From NCBI RefSeq assembly GCF_036365525.1, contig NC_090375.1, positions 112,985,460 to 113,049,459 on the forward strand: a DNA stretch of 64,000 bases, written 5' to 3'. Position numbers and translations under genes: made by a program. The stretch comes from Heterodontus francisci (Eukaryota). Positions 1 through 11,321 of the stretch are shown in pieces (position 1 is the first letter of the stretch; each line of letters opens with the position of its first letter). The notes beneath the pieces were generated by a model. That model worked only from the letters and a program-made list of their open reading frames with translations, ran no database searches and had not been told where the DNA came from.

Positions 1-846
1 CTTGCTCAGAGAGTGGCCAGAGAGAGGGATGGACTCACTGGATAGGGAACAGAGACTAGTCTGTCGTTGTATACTAACAAGTCGTCTATAATGATAAAAT
101 ATTTCTCATACTCATAAAACATTTTTATTATTCTCCCATCTGGCTGTTTTTGTGGCCACCCTTGTATGCAATCCTGCCTTATGCGACTACAGTCCTCATC
201 ACTCTTTTGGGCTTGGTGTATTTCCTGTGTGCTTGCTGGTCAATTTTGTGCAGTATGTTGGGAATATGATTCTATCTCGCATACAAAATTCACATTCTGC
301 TGTGTTGGATGCTCTACTGTTGCTTTAGAAACCGCATTGGTTGACGATTGGAACGTCCCTTGGACATATACTGTCTCATATGTATACTGTAAGAATCTTT
401 GTATTAGTGGAGGCATTTTTGCAACCTCCTTCCCATCTAACAAAAATACCAAAGGTTTATGATCTGTCTCGATGACGATACTCAGTCCAACAATGAAGTC
501 GGAAAATTTTTCATGTGCCCAAGTATCGGCTAGCGCTCCTTTTTTCATTACTGCATACCGTGCCTCAGTGTCTGACAAAGCTCTTGACGCATAGAATATC
601 GATCTACAGGAAGCATCAAGTTGCTCCTGAAAAAGAACAGCCCCTAAACCAGTTAAGGAGGTGTCTGCCATTATCGTCCTAGGTAGTGTAGAGTTGTAGC
701 GTGCCAAGGTGACGGGTGATATAAGCATCTCTTTTATTCTCCTGAAGGCTTGTCCTAGTGGGAATTCCAACATCATGCTTGCTGTTTTCTGAAGAGTTCT
801 CTCAGTGGATCAGTTATCTGTGCTAAGTGAGGTAGAAACTTTGATA

Positions 847-958
847 AAAGCAAAATACTGCGGATGCTGGAAATCTGAAACAAAAACAAGAAATGCTGGA
901 ATCCGAAGGGTCACTGACCCGAAACGTTAACTCTGCTTCTCTTTCCACAGATGCTGCC
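847..958. mobile_element. 112-bp Penelope terminal-repeat derivative with an internal inversion, inserted in Gypsy pol
   Basis: 13-bp TSD agaaactttgata (834-846 / 959-971). Left part is the reverse complement of the Penelope 3' end; right part is the sense gaagggtcactgacccgaaacgttaact segment. Confidence 0.85.
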
Positions 959-3446
959 AGAAACTTTGATAGTTGGTTTACCATTCCCAGAAATCTCTGG
1001 AGTTGCTGAATGGTATTAGGAGTAGGAAATTCTGTAATAGCCCTTGTCTTCTGCGGATCTGCCATTATGTTTCCCAAGTAACGAATTGAGGTCTTAGAAA
1101 ATTTGCAACTTCTCTTTCAGAGTAAGTCCTGTGTCTTGAAATGTCTGTAGAACTGTTCGAACTCTTTGGTCATGTTCCTCTACTGACTGCCCATCTATTA
1201 GGATGTCATCCAGGTGACAAATAACTCCTTTGAGCCCTTCTAAGATGTTAGACATAGACCTTTGAAAGATCTTTGGTGCAGACGTTATTCCAAATGTTAA
1301 CCTATTAAAATAAAATCTCCAGAAAGGCTTTATAAATGTAGTCAATAATTTTGAGGTGTCATCTAGGGGTACCTGCTAAAACCCACTATTGGCATCGAGT
1401 TTTGTAAACATGGGGCTCTGGGAGAGTTTTGTTAAGCTGTCATCAACTGGGACATTGGGTGAATTTCACGCGCTACTGCTTTGTTGAGCTATGTTAAATC
1501 CACGCAAATATACAGAGTTCCACCCTGTTTTGGGACAGGAACCATGGCTGAACACCATTCCATTGTTTGTGTTACAGGAGAGATGATGCCCATTCTTGTC
1601 ATCTCTTCCAATTGGTCTTGAACTTGGCTTAATAATGGATGAGGTATCTTTCTGGGTGTAAGGATGAACACTGGCCTGGTCCCTTCCTTGAGTGTGATTC
1701 TGTACTCCGTCTTGAGTCTTCCAAGCCCTGTGAACAGCTTCAGGAATTCTTCGAGGAAGCAATTCTTTACCCCTGTTTGCTTGACTTTGTCTGTCTTGAT
1801 CAAATGCAGGTCTAAGCGTGCTTTTCTACTCAGTAAGGAAAATTTTTGATTATGCAAGACATATAAGATCTCCACGATTTGTCTCCCTCTGTGTTGGAGA
1901 GTTGCTTACAGTTTGCATTTTCCTCTCAGCTATGTCCCACCTGGACCATGCAACTGTGTATCTGCTGATTGTAGGCAATGTCTCATTAACCATGGCTCTT
2001 GGTCTGACAGAACTGTGACACGAGCACCTGTGTCCAGTTTAAAATTTGCGAGGGGTCCATTTACATAGATGTCCGCCATCCGCAGTCCTAGATTTGGGTC
2101 ATCTATTTCTCCTAGGAAGTCTCCTGGTGTTTTGCCTTCTGGATACTGATGCACTTGGTTCCCTGCTCTCTGTGTGAAAGTCTTCTGCATTGCATTCTTG
2201 AATGAAGAAGTTTTTCTCTGGCACAGTTTCCCATAATATCCGGTCTTTTTACAATTAAAGCACTCAGCTTTGTTCGCTGGACACTGCTGCCTTCTGTGGG
2301 TCTTCCTGGCTCCACAGCATTGGCACAGTTTCCTGATGTCATGCACCTTCTCGCCTGTGTGTGTCTTCTTTTCCACAAAGTGTTTCTCAGGCCTTGGCTT
2401 CACAAACTGTACCATCACTGGACTTCTTCTCATCCACAGCTTGTCTTCAGCCTGCAGAATGGCCCTATTTTGTTTGTGAACTTCAGCCTGTCTTACAATC
2501 TGAATGGACTTTTCAAGTGTAAGGTCCTCCTTTGACTGCAAAAGGTCTGACAAAGATTCAACAGCTATGCCGACAACTATTCGGTCTCTAATCAGTTCTG
2601 CCTTTAATTCTCCATATTTCCATCCCTCTGTCAAACAGTATAGATCATTAATATAAGAATCTACAGATTCGCCTACCTTCTGCGCCCATTTATTAAATTT
2701 GGCCCTTTCCAGGATTTTATTGCTGCGAAGATTAAAATATTTATCAAAAGGTGTTGAAGGACATCTTCAAATTTATCAGAAGCCTCATTTACCCCTTGCC
2801 TCTGAGTTATGTTGTCCACATTCGCACCTACTGAATATAAAAGGGTGTTGACCTGTTCAACTTCTGACTTTGTAGTTGGGAAGCAATCCTAACCCTTAGG
2901 AATCGCTTCCTCCAAATAGACCAATTTTGAACCTGACTGGGTCCTTCTAGATCTTGAAAACTTTCTGGTATTCCAAATTTTGAATCCATATTACTTTTGT
3001 TGCTTTAGTAATGCTTCCGAGGGTGTTCCCCTTTGTTTTAAAATATTGCAGGCTCGAATGAAGGTTTTCACAGTCTTTGAGGATTTACCACGCTTTATCT
3101 CTGCAGTCTGGCTGAGCAATGGCTGCCGAATCCACCCGGTTCCCAAGTCGTCTCTTTGCCCAAGATCAATTTCTCTACCTGTGGTTTTGACCCAGTGCGT
3201 CATTAACAGTTACTGGCTCCCGTACAAATCCCTCACCTGATCCTGGACCGTCGCCCGGATCTGAAACTGGGACCTGCTCTCTGGACTTGGATGTACCGAT
3301 TCAGACCCCCATGCTTCTGTGGTGTGGTCTGAGAGGCTGCAGGGCTTTCTTGTTAAACTTCAGAAAGCTGGTTATGGAAGGATAATGCTGGAGCCTATAT
3401 TTACTCAGTTCCACATTTATTGTGCAGAATAAAAGGATTACAAATA

Positions 3447-5494
3447 ATCCGGGCTCACTTCTTTGACCAGGAGTCCTCCCCCCGACCAGCAGACCCATTC
3501 ACCCGCCTCCAGCATTCTCCCTCGACCTGGACCCCTCCCCCTGGCCTCTTACCCGCTCTTGATCTCTTCATTGAAAACTGTCGGCGAGACATTGGTCATC
3601 TCAATTTCTCTGCCCCCCTCACTCACTCTAACCTGTCCCCCTCTGAACTTGAGGCAAGCTGTTCTCTCAGGTGTAACCCCGACATGGTCATCAAACCTGC
3701 AGACAAGGGTGGTGCTGTTGTTGTATGGCGTACCGACCTCTACCTTGCAGAAGCTCAATGCCAACTCACGGACACTTCTTCCTACCTCCCTCTGGACCAT
3801 GACGCCACCACCGAACATCAAGCCACCGTCCAAAGGACTGTCACTGACCTCATCTCCTCTGGAGATCTTCCCTCTACAGCTTCCAACCTCATAGTCCCGC
3901 AACACTGGACAGCCCGCTTCTACCTCCTTCCCAAAATCCACAAACGGGACTGTCCCGGCAGACCCATTGTGTCAGCCTGCTCCTGCCCTACTGAACTTAT
4001 TTCTTTCTATCTTGACTCTATCTTTTCTCCGCTGGTCCAGTCTCTTCCCACCTACATCCGTGACTCTTCTGACGCCCTACGTCATTTTGACAATTTCCAG
4101 TTTCCTGGTCCCAACCGCCTCCTCTTCACTATCGACGTCCAATCGCTCTACACCTCCATCTCCCACCAGGATGGTTTGAGGGCTCTCCGCTTCTTCCTTG
4201 AACAGAGGCCCAACCAGTCCCCATCCACCACCACCCTCCTCCGCCTGGCTGTACTTGTTCTCACATTAAACAACTTCTCCTTCAATTCCACGCACTTCCT
4301 TCAAGTAAAAGGTGTCGCTATGGGTACCCGCATGGGTCCTAGTTATGCCTGTCTTTTTGTGGCATATGTCGAGCATTCCTTGTTCCAGTCCTACTCAGGC
4401 CCCCTCCCCCAACTCTTTTTCCGGTACATTGATGACTGTATCGGTGCCGTTTCCTGCTCCCGCCCCGAACTGGAAAGCTTTATCAACTTTGCTTCCAATT
4501 TCCACCCTTCTCTCACCTTTACATGGTACATCTCTGACACTTCCCTTCCCTTCCTCGACTTCTCTGTCTCCATCTCTGGGGATAGGTTGTCTACTAATAT
4601 TCATTATAAGCCCACCGACTCCCACAGCTACCTCGACTACTCTTCTTCACACCCTACCTCCTGTAAGGACTCCATTCCATTCTCCCAGTTTCTCCATCTC
4701 CGACGCATCTGCTCTGATGATGCTACCTTCCATGACGATGCTTCTGATATGACCTCCTTTATCCTCAACCGAGAATTTCCCCCCACTGTGGTTGACAGGG
4801 CCCTCAACCGTGTCTGGCCCATTTCCCGCACTTCTACCCTCACCCCTTCCCCTCCCTCCCAGACCCGTGACAGGGTTCCCCTTGTCCTCACTTTCCACCC
4901 ATCAGCCTCCATATCCAAAGGATCATCCTCCGCCATTTCCGCCACCTCCAGCGTGATGCCACTACCAGTCGCATCTTCCCCTCCCTTCCCCTGTCAGCAT
5001 TCCAAAGGGATCGTTCCCTTCGCGACACCCTGGTCCACTCCTCCATTACCCCCACCACCTCATCCCCGTCTCATGGCACCTTCCCCTGCAATCACTGGAG
5101 GTGTAATACTTGCCCATTTACCTCCTCTCTCCTCACTATCCCAGGCTCCAAACACTCCTTTCAGGTGAAGCAGCAATTTACTTGTACTTCTTTCAATATA
5201 GTATACTGTATTCGCTGCTCACAATGTGGTCTCCTCTACATTGGGGAGACCAAGCGCAGACTGGGTGACCGCTTTGTGGAATATCTCCGCTCAGTCCGCA
5301 AGCAGGACCCTGAGCTTCCGGTTGCTTGCCATTTAAACACTCCCCCCTGCTCTCATGCTCACATCTCTGTCCTGGGATTGCTGCAGTGTTCCAGTGAACA
5401 TCAACACAAGCTCGAGGAACAGCATCTCATTTACCGATTAGGCACACTACAGCCTGCCGGACTGAACATTAAGTTCAATAATTTCAGAGCATGA
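3447..5494 (+). pseudogene. Penelope RT plus GIY-YIG endonuclease ORF, frameshifted near 4900
   Basis: Motifs IKPADKGG, YLLPKIHK, GRPIVS, GVAMGT, FRYIDD, FLD; C-terminal VYCIRCSQCGLLYIGET (GIY-YIG with zinc ligands). Confidence 0.92.
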
Positions 5495-5842
5495 CAGCCC
5501 CCCATTTTACTTTCATTTTTAGTTATTTTTTCTTTTTTTCTTTTTTACATTTTTTACAATCCTTATTTTTGCATTTATTTAATTTCATCTTAGTTTGTTC
5601 AGTTTGCTTACCCACTGTTTTTTTTTCAGGTTTGCACTTGCTGCTGTTCAATATTCAGTCCGTTAAAACCTAATCTGTACTAATGCTTTGTCTTTCAACA
5701 CACTATTAACATATTGTTTGCCTTTGCTCCATGACCTTTTGGTCAGCTATGAGGCCTTGTCCAATCTGCACCTTCTCCTTTGTTATCTCTTGCCCCACCC
5801 CCACCTCACTTGCTTATAACCTGTGACTTTTCTAATATTTGT

Positions 5843-5883
5843 CAGTTCCGAAGAAGGGTCACTGACCCAAAACGTTAACTCTG
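5843..5883 (+). ncRNA. Minimal type-I hammerhead ribozyme-like motif (this copy G12A)
   Basis: CAGTT-CCGAAGA-A-GGGTCA c TGACCC-aAAA-CG-TT-AACT: stem I AGTT/AACT, stem II hairpin, palindromic ACGT stem III. Confidence 0.65.
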
Positions 5884-6227
5884 CTTCTCTTTTCACAGAT
5901 GCTGCCAGACCTGCTGAGTGGTTCCAGCATCCGCAGTATTTTGCTTTTATAAAAGGATTACAAATATGTAGCTCCTCACACAAAACCCTCCACCTGTCTC
6001 TATGAGTGTCTGCTTTTTAGTGCTCAACTAAGACCCCAATTAACACCCTTCACTTGCATATAATCAAACCAATGGCACACAATTAACATTTCTCATGACT
6101 GTCCACATTGACTGTGGTTATGGAGCAGCTCCTGAGTTTGTTGGAGGCTCCCAACTCGATCTGCTGTTTTCCTGGTGCTTCTTCTCCATGACGTAGGGAG
6201 ATCTTCAACATTTCTTGGCCTTTTTAA

Positions 6228-6495
6228 CCGGTGCCACCATATTGTGTTGTTGTATTTAGTAGCATAACAGGGACATTCTGGAGAAAGTCTCAGACTCAGG
6301 ATAAGATCAACTAAGACCTCTATTATTTACATAATACTATATACGCTCTCAACAAGCCTTCTAAGCTAGCATCCTTTGTGCTGCTCTTCTTCTCTACAGC
6401 CTAACCGCATGTGACTATGACATCATCACTCTTGCAGTCGGAAAGGTTGCTCTCACTGTCTTCAACATTAACCTTTACATCCTTATACTATAATA
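6228..6495 (-). repeat. Gypsy PBS (tRNA-Leu-like) and adjacent 5' LTR
   Basis: Minus strand TGGTGGCACCGG at 6239-6228 next to a ~255-bp segment with degenerate TG..CA-like ends (tattgtg...actataata). The outer boundary is approximate. Confidence 0.55.
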
Positions 6496-7784
6496 GCCAT
6501 GAGAGATGGCAATAGGAAGGGCTGTCAGCATTCTGTCAGAGGGCTAGTTTTAACAACAAAGCCACGGTGCTATTTATCTTGGAAACATAGCTGGGAAGTC
6601 TCAGAAGTAAGGATGCAATGCTGCCATCTACCTTGGAGAGTAACATCCTGAATTCCCACAAAGTTTTCCTGATAATGGAAAAAAGTGTGATGTAAGTAGG
6701 TGTGACTGGAAAATATTACAGGAGTAAGTGCAACACTTACAGGAATTGCTCATAGATGTGACATTTAATATATTGTAGATGAAGTAAAGTTTCACCCTTT
6801 ACCAAATGAAGATGGGCTGGGTATGTTGCTCAAAGAAATAACAACAGATGGACATAAAGGCTAATGGGGTGGCAGCCAAGAACAGGAACAGGAAAAAGAA
6901 GGGGAATACCAAGAAGAAGAAGGAGAGATGATATAATATTAAACCTGGAAACAAATGGATGAGAACAGCAAGGAATAGAAATAAATGGAAAAGGCATGAT
7001 GAGAACTACATTCTACAGTGGATGAACTCAACCTAAATGATGATGATGAAATTTCATCCTTTGATACAATTGTGTAGCAATCTTCAGTAATGCTCCTCAG
7101 TTATATGCCTAAGATAATACCTTCCACTCTTCTAACTCTGGATTACTGCTTGTTCCCCTCCCTCAGTTCCTCCATTAAAGCTGATATTTCAGGCGCTGTG
7201 CCCCTTTGATCTTTGCTGTTTGTAATTCTGTCCTAAAACAACTGCAACTTGTACCCCTTTCTCTTCAAAATCCTTCTGAAAATTTATCTCTTCAAATGTA
7301 CCTTCAATCCCCCACCCTTTACATACTCTTGTCTCCTGCTCTGTGTTCTCATCTCCAGCACTTTTCTGTGAGCTGTTGTTTAAATTAGTTAATTATAGAG
7401 TACTAATATTCAATGTTTATATTCTGTATTTTAAGAGACTAACAATGTTGAAAATTCTGCAGATGAACATTTAGTGCACTTATTTATAATCATTTAATTC
7501 AAACATGAGAAATTAGCAGAATACCTCATCTGATATTGTGTTTATTTGTGCTAATTAGTACTAATTATAAAGGCAATTTTATACTGTGAATTGAGACTGA
7601 TCAAATAAAAGGCCATCATCCCATCTGCCAGAGCTGAACTTGGACCCAAATCCCAGAAGTAAAAGGCCAAAGTACACACTGCACCAGCCCTTCCTGATGC
7701 CATGTAAACCACTGACCAAAGGTCTGCCTTATAAGCCCAGCTCTTGTATGCTGTCAGAAGGAGATAAAAGAGGGAACACGTGTC

Positions 7785-7967
7785 AGAAATCAAGTCCACC
7801 TGCGCCACTCAGCTCTTCAGTCTGAGCTCTGGTACCAGTCCGGTACGTGCCCTAATATCGCCTTATGTGGCTCGGTGTCAAACTTTGCTTTATAACACTC
7901 CAGTGAAGCACCTTGGGATATCTTATTACATTAAAGGCACTATATCAAAACAACTTGTTGTTGTTGT
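7785..7967 (+). mobile_element. L2-type LINE/SINE 3' end fragment
   Basis: Tail gtgaagcaccttggga...cattaaaggcactatat...(ttg)n resembles L2-derived 3' ends. Confidence 0.6.
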
Positions 7968-8177
7968 ATGACTTAGAGCAATATTCACAAGGAGCAGCTC
8001 CATGTTTGTTTACTTGATTTTTGTGTTCAGTTGGTGAGACAATAGACTTTTTTGTGATAGATATAAGGGGCAATTTTCACCAAACATTTTAGGTGTTAAA
8101 CAGCCCCCGAAGTGGCCAAAGTGGGGTCTTAAGCTGCAATGTTGCTTTAGTCTGCGTTTAGTACAAGATGCCATTTC

Positions 8178-9996
8178 TATAGGCATATAAATAGTAAAAG
8201 GGTGGTAAAAGGAGGAGTGGGGCCAATTAGGAACCAGAAAGGGGATTTATACATGGAGGCAGAGGGCATAGCTGAGGTATTAAATGAATACTTTGCATTT
8301 GTCTTTACCAAGAAAGAAGATGTAACCCAGGCAATGTTGAAAGAGGAGTTAAGACAGACACTAGAGGGGTTTAAAATTGATAAGGAAGAAGTATTAGGTA
8401 AGCTGTCTGTACTTAAAGTAGATAAAGCACCAGGACTGGATGCAATGCACCCAAGGATACTGAGGGAAGTGAGGGTGGAAATCTCAGAGGCACTGGCCAT
8501 AATTTTTCAGTCTTCCTTCAACTCAGGGGTGGTGCCAGAGGACTGGAGAATTGCAAACGTTACACCCTTGTTCAAAAAAGAGTGTAAAAATAAGCCCAGC
8601 AACTACAGGCCAGTCGGTTTAACCTCGGTGGTGGGAAAACTTCTCGAACAAATTATTAGGGACAAAATCAACAGTCACATGGACAAATGTGTGTTAATTA
8701 AGGAAAGCCAGCGTGGATTTCTTAAGGGAAAATATATTTAACTGACTTGCGAGAATTTTTTAAAGAGGTAACAGAGAGGGTTGATGAGGGAAATGCTGTT
8801 GATGTGGTGTACATAGACTTTCAAAAGGCGTTTGATACAGTGCTACACAACAGATTTGTGAGCAAACTTGTGGCTCATGGAATATAAGGAAAGGTAGGAA
8901 CATGAATGCAAAATTGGCTGAGTGACAGGAAACAAAGAGTAGTGGTTAATGGATGTTTTTTTAGGCTGGAGGAAGGTTTGTAGTGGAGTTCCCCAGGGAT
9001 CAGTGTTGGGACCCTTGCTTTTCCTGATATATATTAATGACCTAGACCTTGGTGTACAGGGCACAATTTCAAAGTTTGCAGATGATACAAAACTTGGAAG
9101 CATTGTGAACTGTGAGGAGGATAGTGTAGAACTCCAAAAGGACATAGACAAGTTGGTGGAATGGGCAGACAGGTGGCAGATGAAGTTCAATGCAGAGAAA
9201 TGTGGAGTGATTCATTTTGCTAGGAAGAACATATGGAGACAATATGGAAGAAAGGGTACAATACTAAAGTGGGTGCAGGAGCAGAGGGGCCTAGATGTAT
9301 TGTGCATAAGTCATTGAAGGTGGCAGGACAGGCTGAGAGATCAGTTAATAAAGCATACAGTATCCTGGGCTTTATTAATAGGGACAAACAGTACAAGAGC
9401 AAGAAAGTTATGTTGAACTTGTATAAGACACTAGTTTGGCCTCAGCTGGAGTATTGTGTCCTGTTCTGGGCGCTACAGTTGAGGAAAGACGTGAGGACAT
9501 TGGAGAGAGTACAGAAAAGATTCATGAGAATGGTTCCAGGGATGAGGAATTTCAGTTATGAAGATAGATTGGAGAAGTTAGGACTGTTTTCCTTGGAGAA
9601 GAGAAGATTGAGAGGTGATTTGCTAGAGATATTCAAAATCAAGAGGGGTCTGGACAGAGTAGATGAAAAGAAACTGTTCCCACTCATGAAAGGTTCAAGA
9701 ACGAGAGGGCACAGATTTAAAATATTTGGTAAGAGAAGCAAAAGTGACATGAGGAAAAACTTTTTCACACAGCGAGTGGTTAAGGTCTGGAATGCGCTGC
9801 CTGAGAAGGTGGTGGAGGCAGGTTCAATTGAAGCATTCAAAAGGGAATTAGACAGTTATATGAAAAGGAAGAATGTGCAGGGTTATGGGGAGAAGGCAGG
9901 GGAATGGAACTCTGGGGTTGCTCTTTCAGAGAGCTGGAGCGGACACGATGGGCTGAATGGCCTCCTCCAGCGCTGTAACAATTCTGTGATTCTGTG
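8178..9996 (+). mobile_element. CR1 LINE, 5'-truncated (RT half of ORF2)
   Basis: VPEDWRIANVTPLFKK, NYRPVGLTS, GVPQGSVLGP, FADDTKL, FFTQRVV; tail ggcctcct..(attctgtg)n. Confidence 0.93.
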
Positions 9997-11018
9997 GTGA
10001 GTTGAAACACCCATTAGGAACAGCCACCCAAAGGATCATTAAGCAGTTGATTGACAATTAAATTGCCTGCTAATGCTCATGAAAGAGGCTGCTTGCCATT
10101 TTGGTGGGTAATGCCTCATTTCATGACTTCTCATAATAGCGAACAGGTGAACAGGAGGAAACAAATCCTTGTTAGGGATGGTGAGTACTACTTACAGCCA
10201 TGCTCAGCTTTCAATGTTCACTTGCTGATTGAGATCAATTGACTACACTGTATTTGAAGAGGACTTTTGAGACACATCGGAAGACTTTCTGGGCCACTTC
10301 GTCGAGACTTCATGGGCGGAATGGCCTCCTTCTGCGTTGTAATGATTCTGTGATTCCTTTAGCCACTACCTGCAAGCTTTCAGCCAGGCTGTCCATTGCA
10401 CCAAGCATTTGGTTTGTCTTACCCATCAACCTTCTTCTGAAACCTGGCTCTGCGAGGTCCTCATCTGACACCTCTACACCAGAACTAGTGTGTGACTTTG
10501 CTCCTCTTGGAAAGGTGGCTCTGGCAGTGTCCTTTGCACCTGCATGGCTGCTGCCCACTAGTATCTGTGAGCCCCACTGTGAGAATCCTTTTTCTAAGCT
10601 AGCTTCTAATTATGTGTGGTGTCAGTCTCTGAACTGGTGTCTCTGATAATGATAACCATTGACACAGTGCATTCTTCTTCACCCTCCTCCTCTGTTTCTT
10701 CTTCCTCTGGGCTTGGTGGGGGCGAGATGGATGTTGCCCACCTTGACTTTGCTTTATAGGACAAGGTGAATTTTGCTCCTGGGAGCCTGAAAGGGTTAGG
10801 GTGCAGCGCATGTAGTCACAGTAGGAGAATATGTGTAATGAGACCATATGGATGATAGGGATCAGGAATAGTTGTGCATCTGCAAGGAAGCTGTAGTGGC
10901 TGCATGCCTCCAGATGAGATGCCCCTGTTCTGCCATGCATCTCCCACATCTGTTCCAATCACAGCCATCTCTGCCTCCTCGTGGTTGACCTCCCAGGTCA
11001 GGTTCTGCTGGAGTCTGT

Positions 11019-11238
11019 AACAAAAACAAGAAATGCTGGATTCACTCAGCAGGTCTGGCAGCATCCGTGGAAAGAGAAGCAGAGTTAACGTTTCGGGTCA
11101 GTGACCCTTGAAGAAGGGTCACTGACCCGAAACGTTAACTCTGCTTCTCTTTCCACGGATGCTGCCAGACCTGCTGAGTGAATCCAGCATTTCTTGTTTT
11201 TGTTTCAGATTTCCAGCATCTGCAGTATTTTGCTTTTA
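11019..11238 (+). mobile_element. 220-bp palindromic Penelope terminal derivative
   Basis: Perfect 91-bp inverted repeat (11019-11109 / 11114-11204, loop gaag) plus the Penelope 3' end; 15-bp TSD tctgctggagtctgt (11004-11018 / 11239-11253). Confidence 0.92.
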
Positions 11239-11321
11239 TCTGCTGGAGTCTGTTATGTGTTGTCTTTTTCAGGAAGAGACAGAGTGGTGATCATGACTGA
11301 GCGTATTGACAGATGCATTTA

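Larger units (their letters stand above)
3447..5948 (+). mobile_element. Penelope-like retroelement (Neptune-like), 5'-truncated
   Basis: 18-bp TSD ataaaaggattacaaata (3429-3446 / 5949-5966). RT followed by GIY-YIG endonuclease, then a terminal repeat with a hammerhead-like motif. Confidence 0.93.
3351..6088 (-). mobile_element. Copia-family solo LTR (about 220 bp) split by a Penelope insertion
   Basis: Ends TGTTAA...TTAACA with 5-bp TSD tttct (3346-3350 / 6089-6093). Both halves match the LTRs at 62661-62857 and 63439-63663. Confidence 0.85.
1..6495 (-). mobile_element. Degenerate Ty3/Gypsy LTR retrotransposon (5' LTR, PBS, gag, protease, RT, RNase H; runs off the window start), interrupted by nested insertions
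   Basis: ORF 1930-2634 has a Gag zinc knuckle remnant (CFNCKKTGYYGKLC) and protease FKLDTGA. RT motif VICHLDDILI (1094-1345); RNase H ADTS..GLGAVL and ETDHKPL (240-776). Many stops and frameshifts. Confidence 0.9.

Noticed and set aside
10000-11003. Possible Harbinger Myb-like gene remnant or host exons
   Set aside because: Only short ORFs with no motif I can support; contains a tiny CR1 tail at about 10310-10355.
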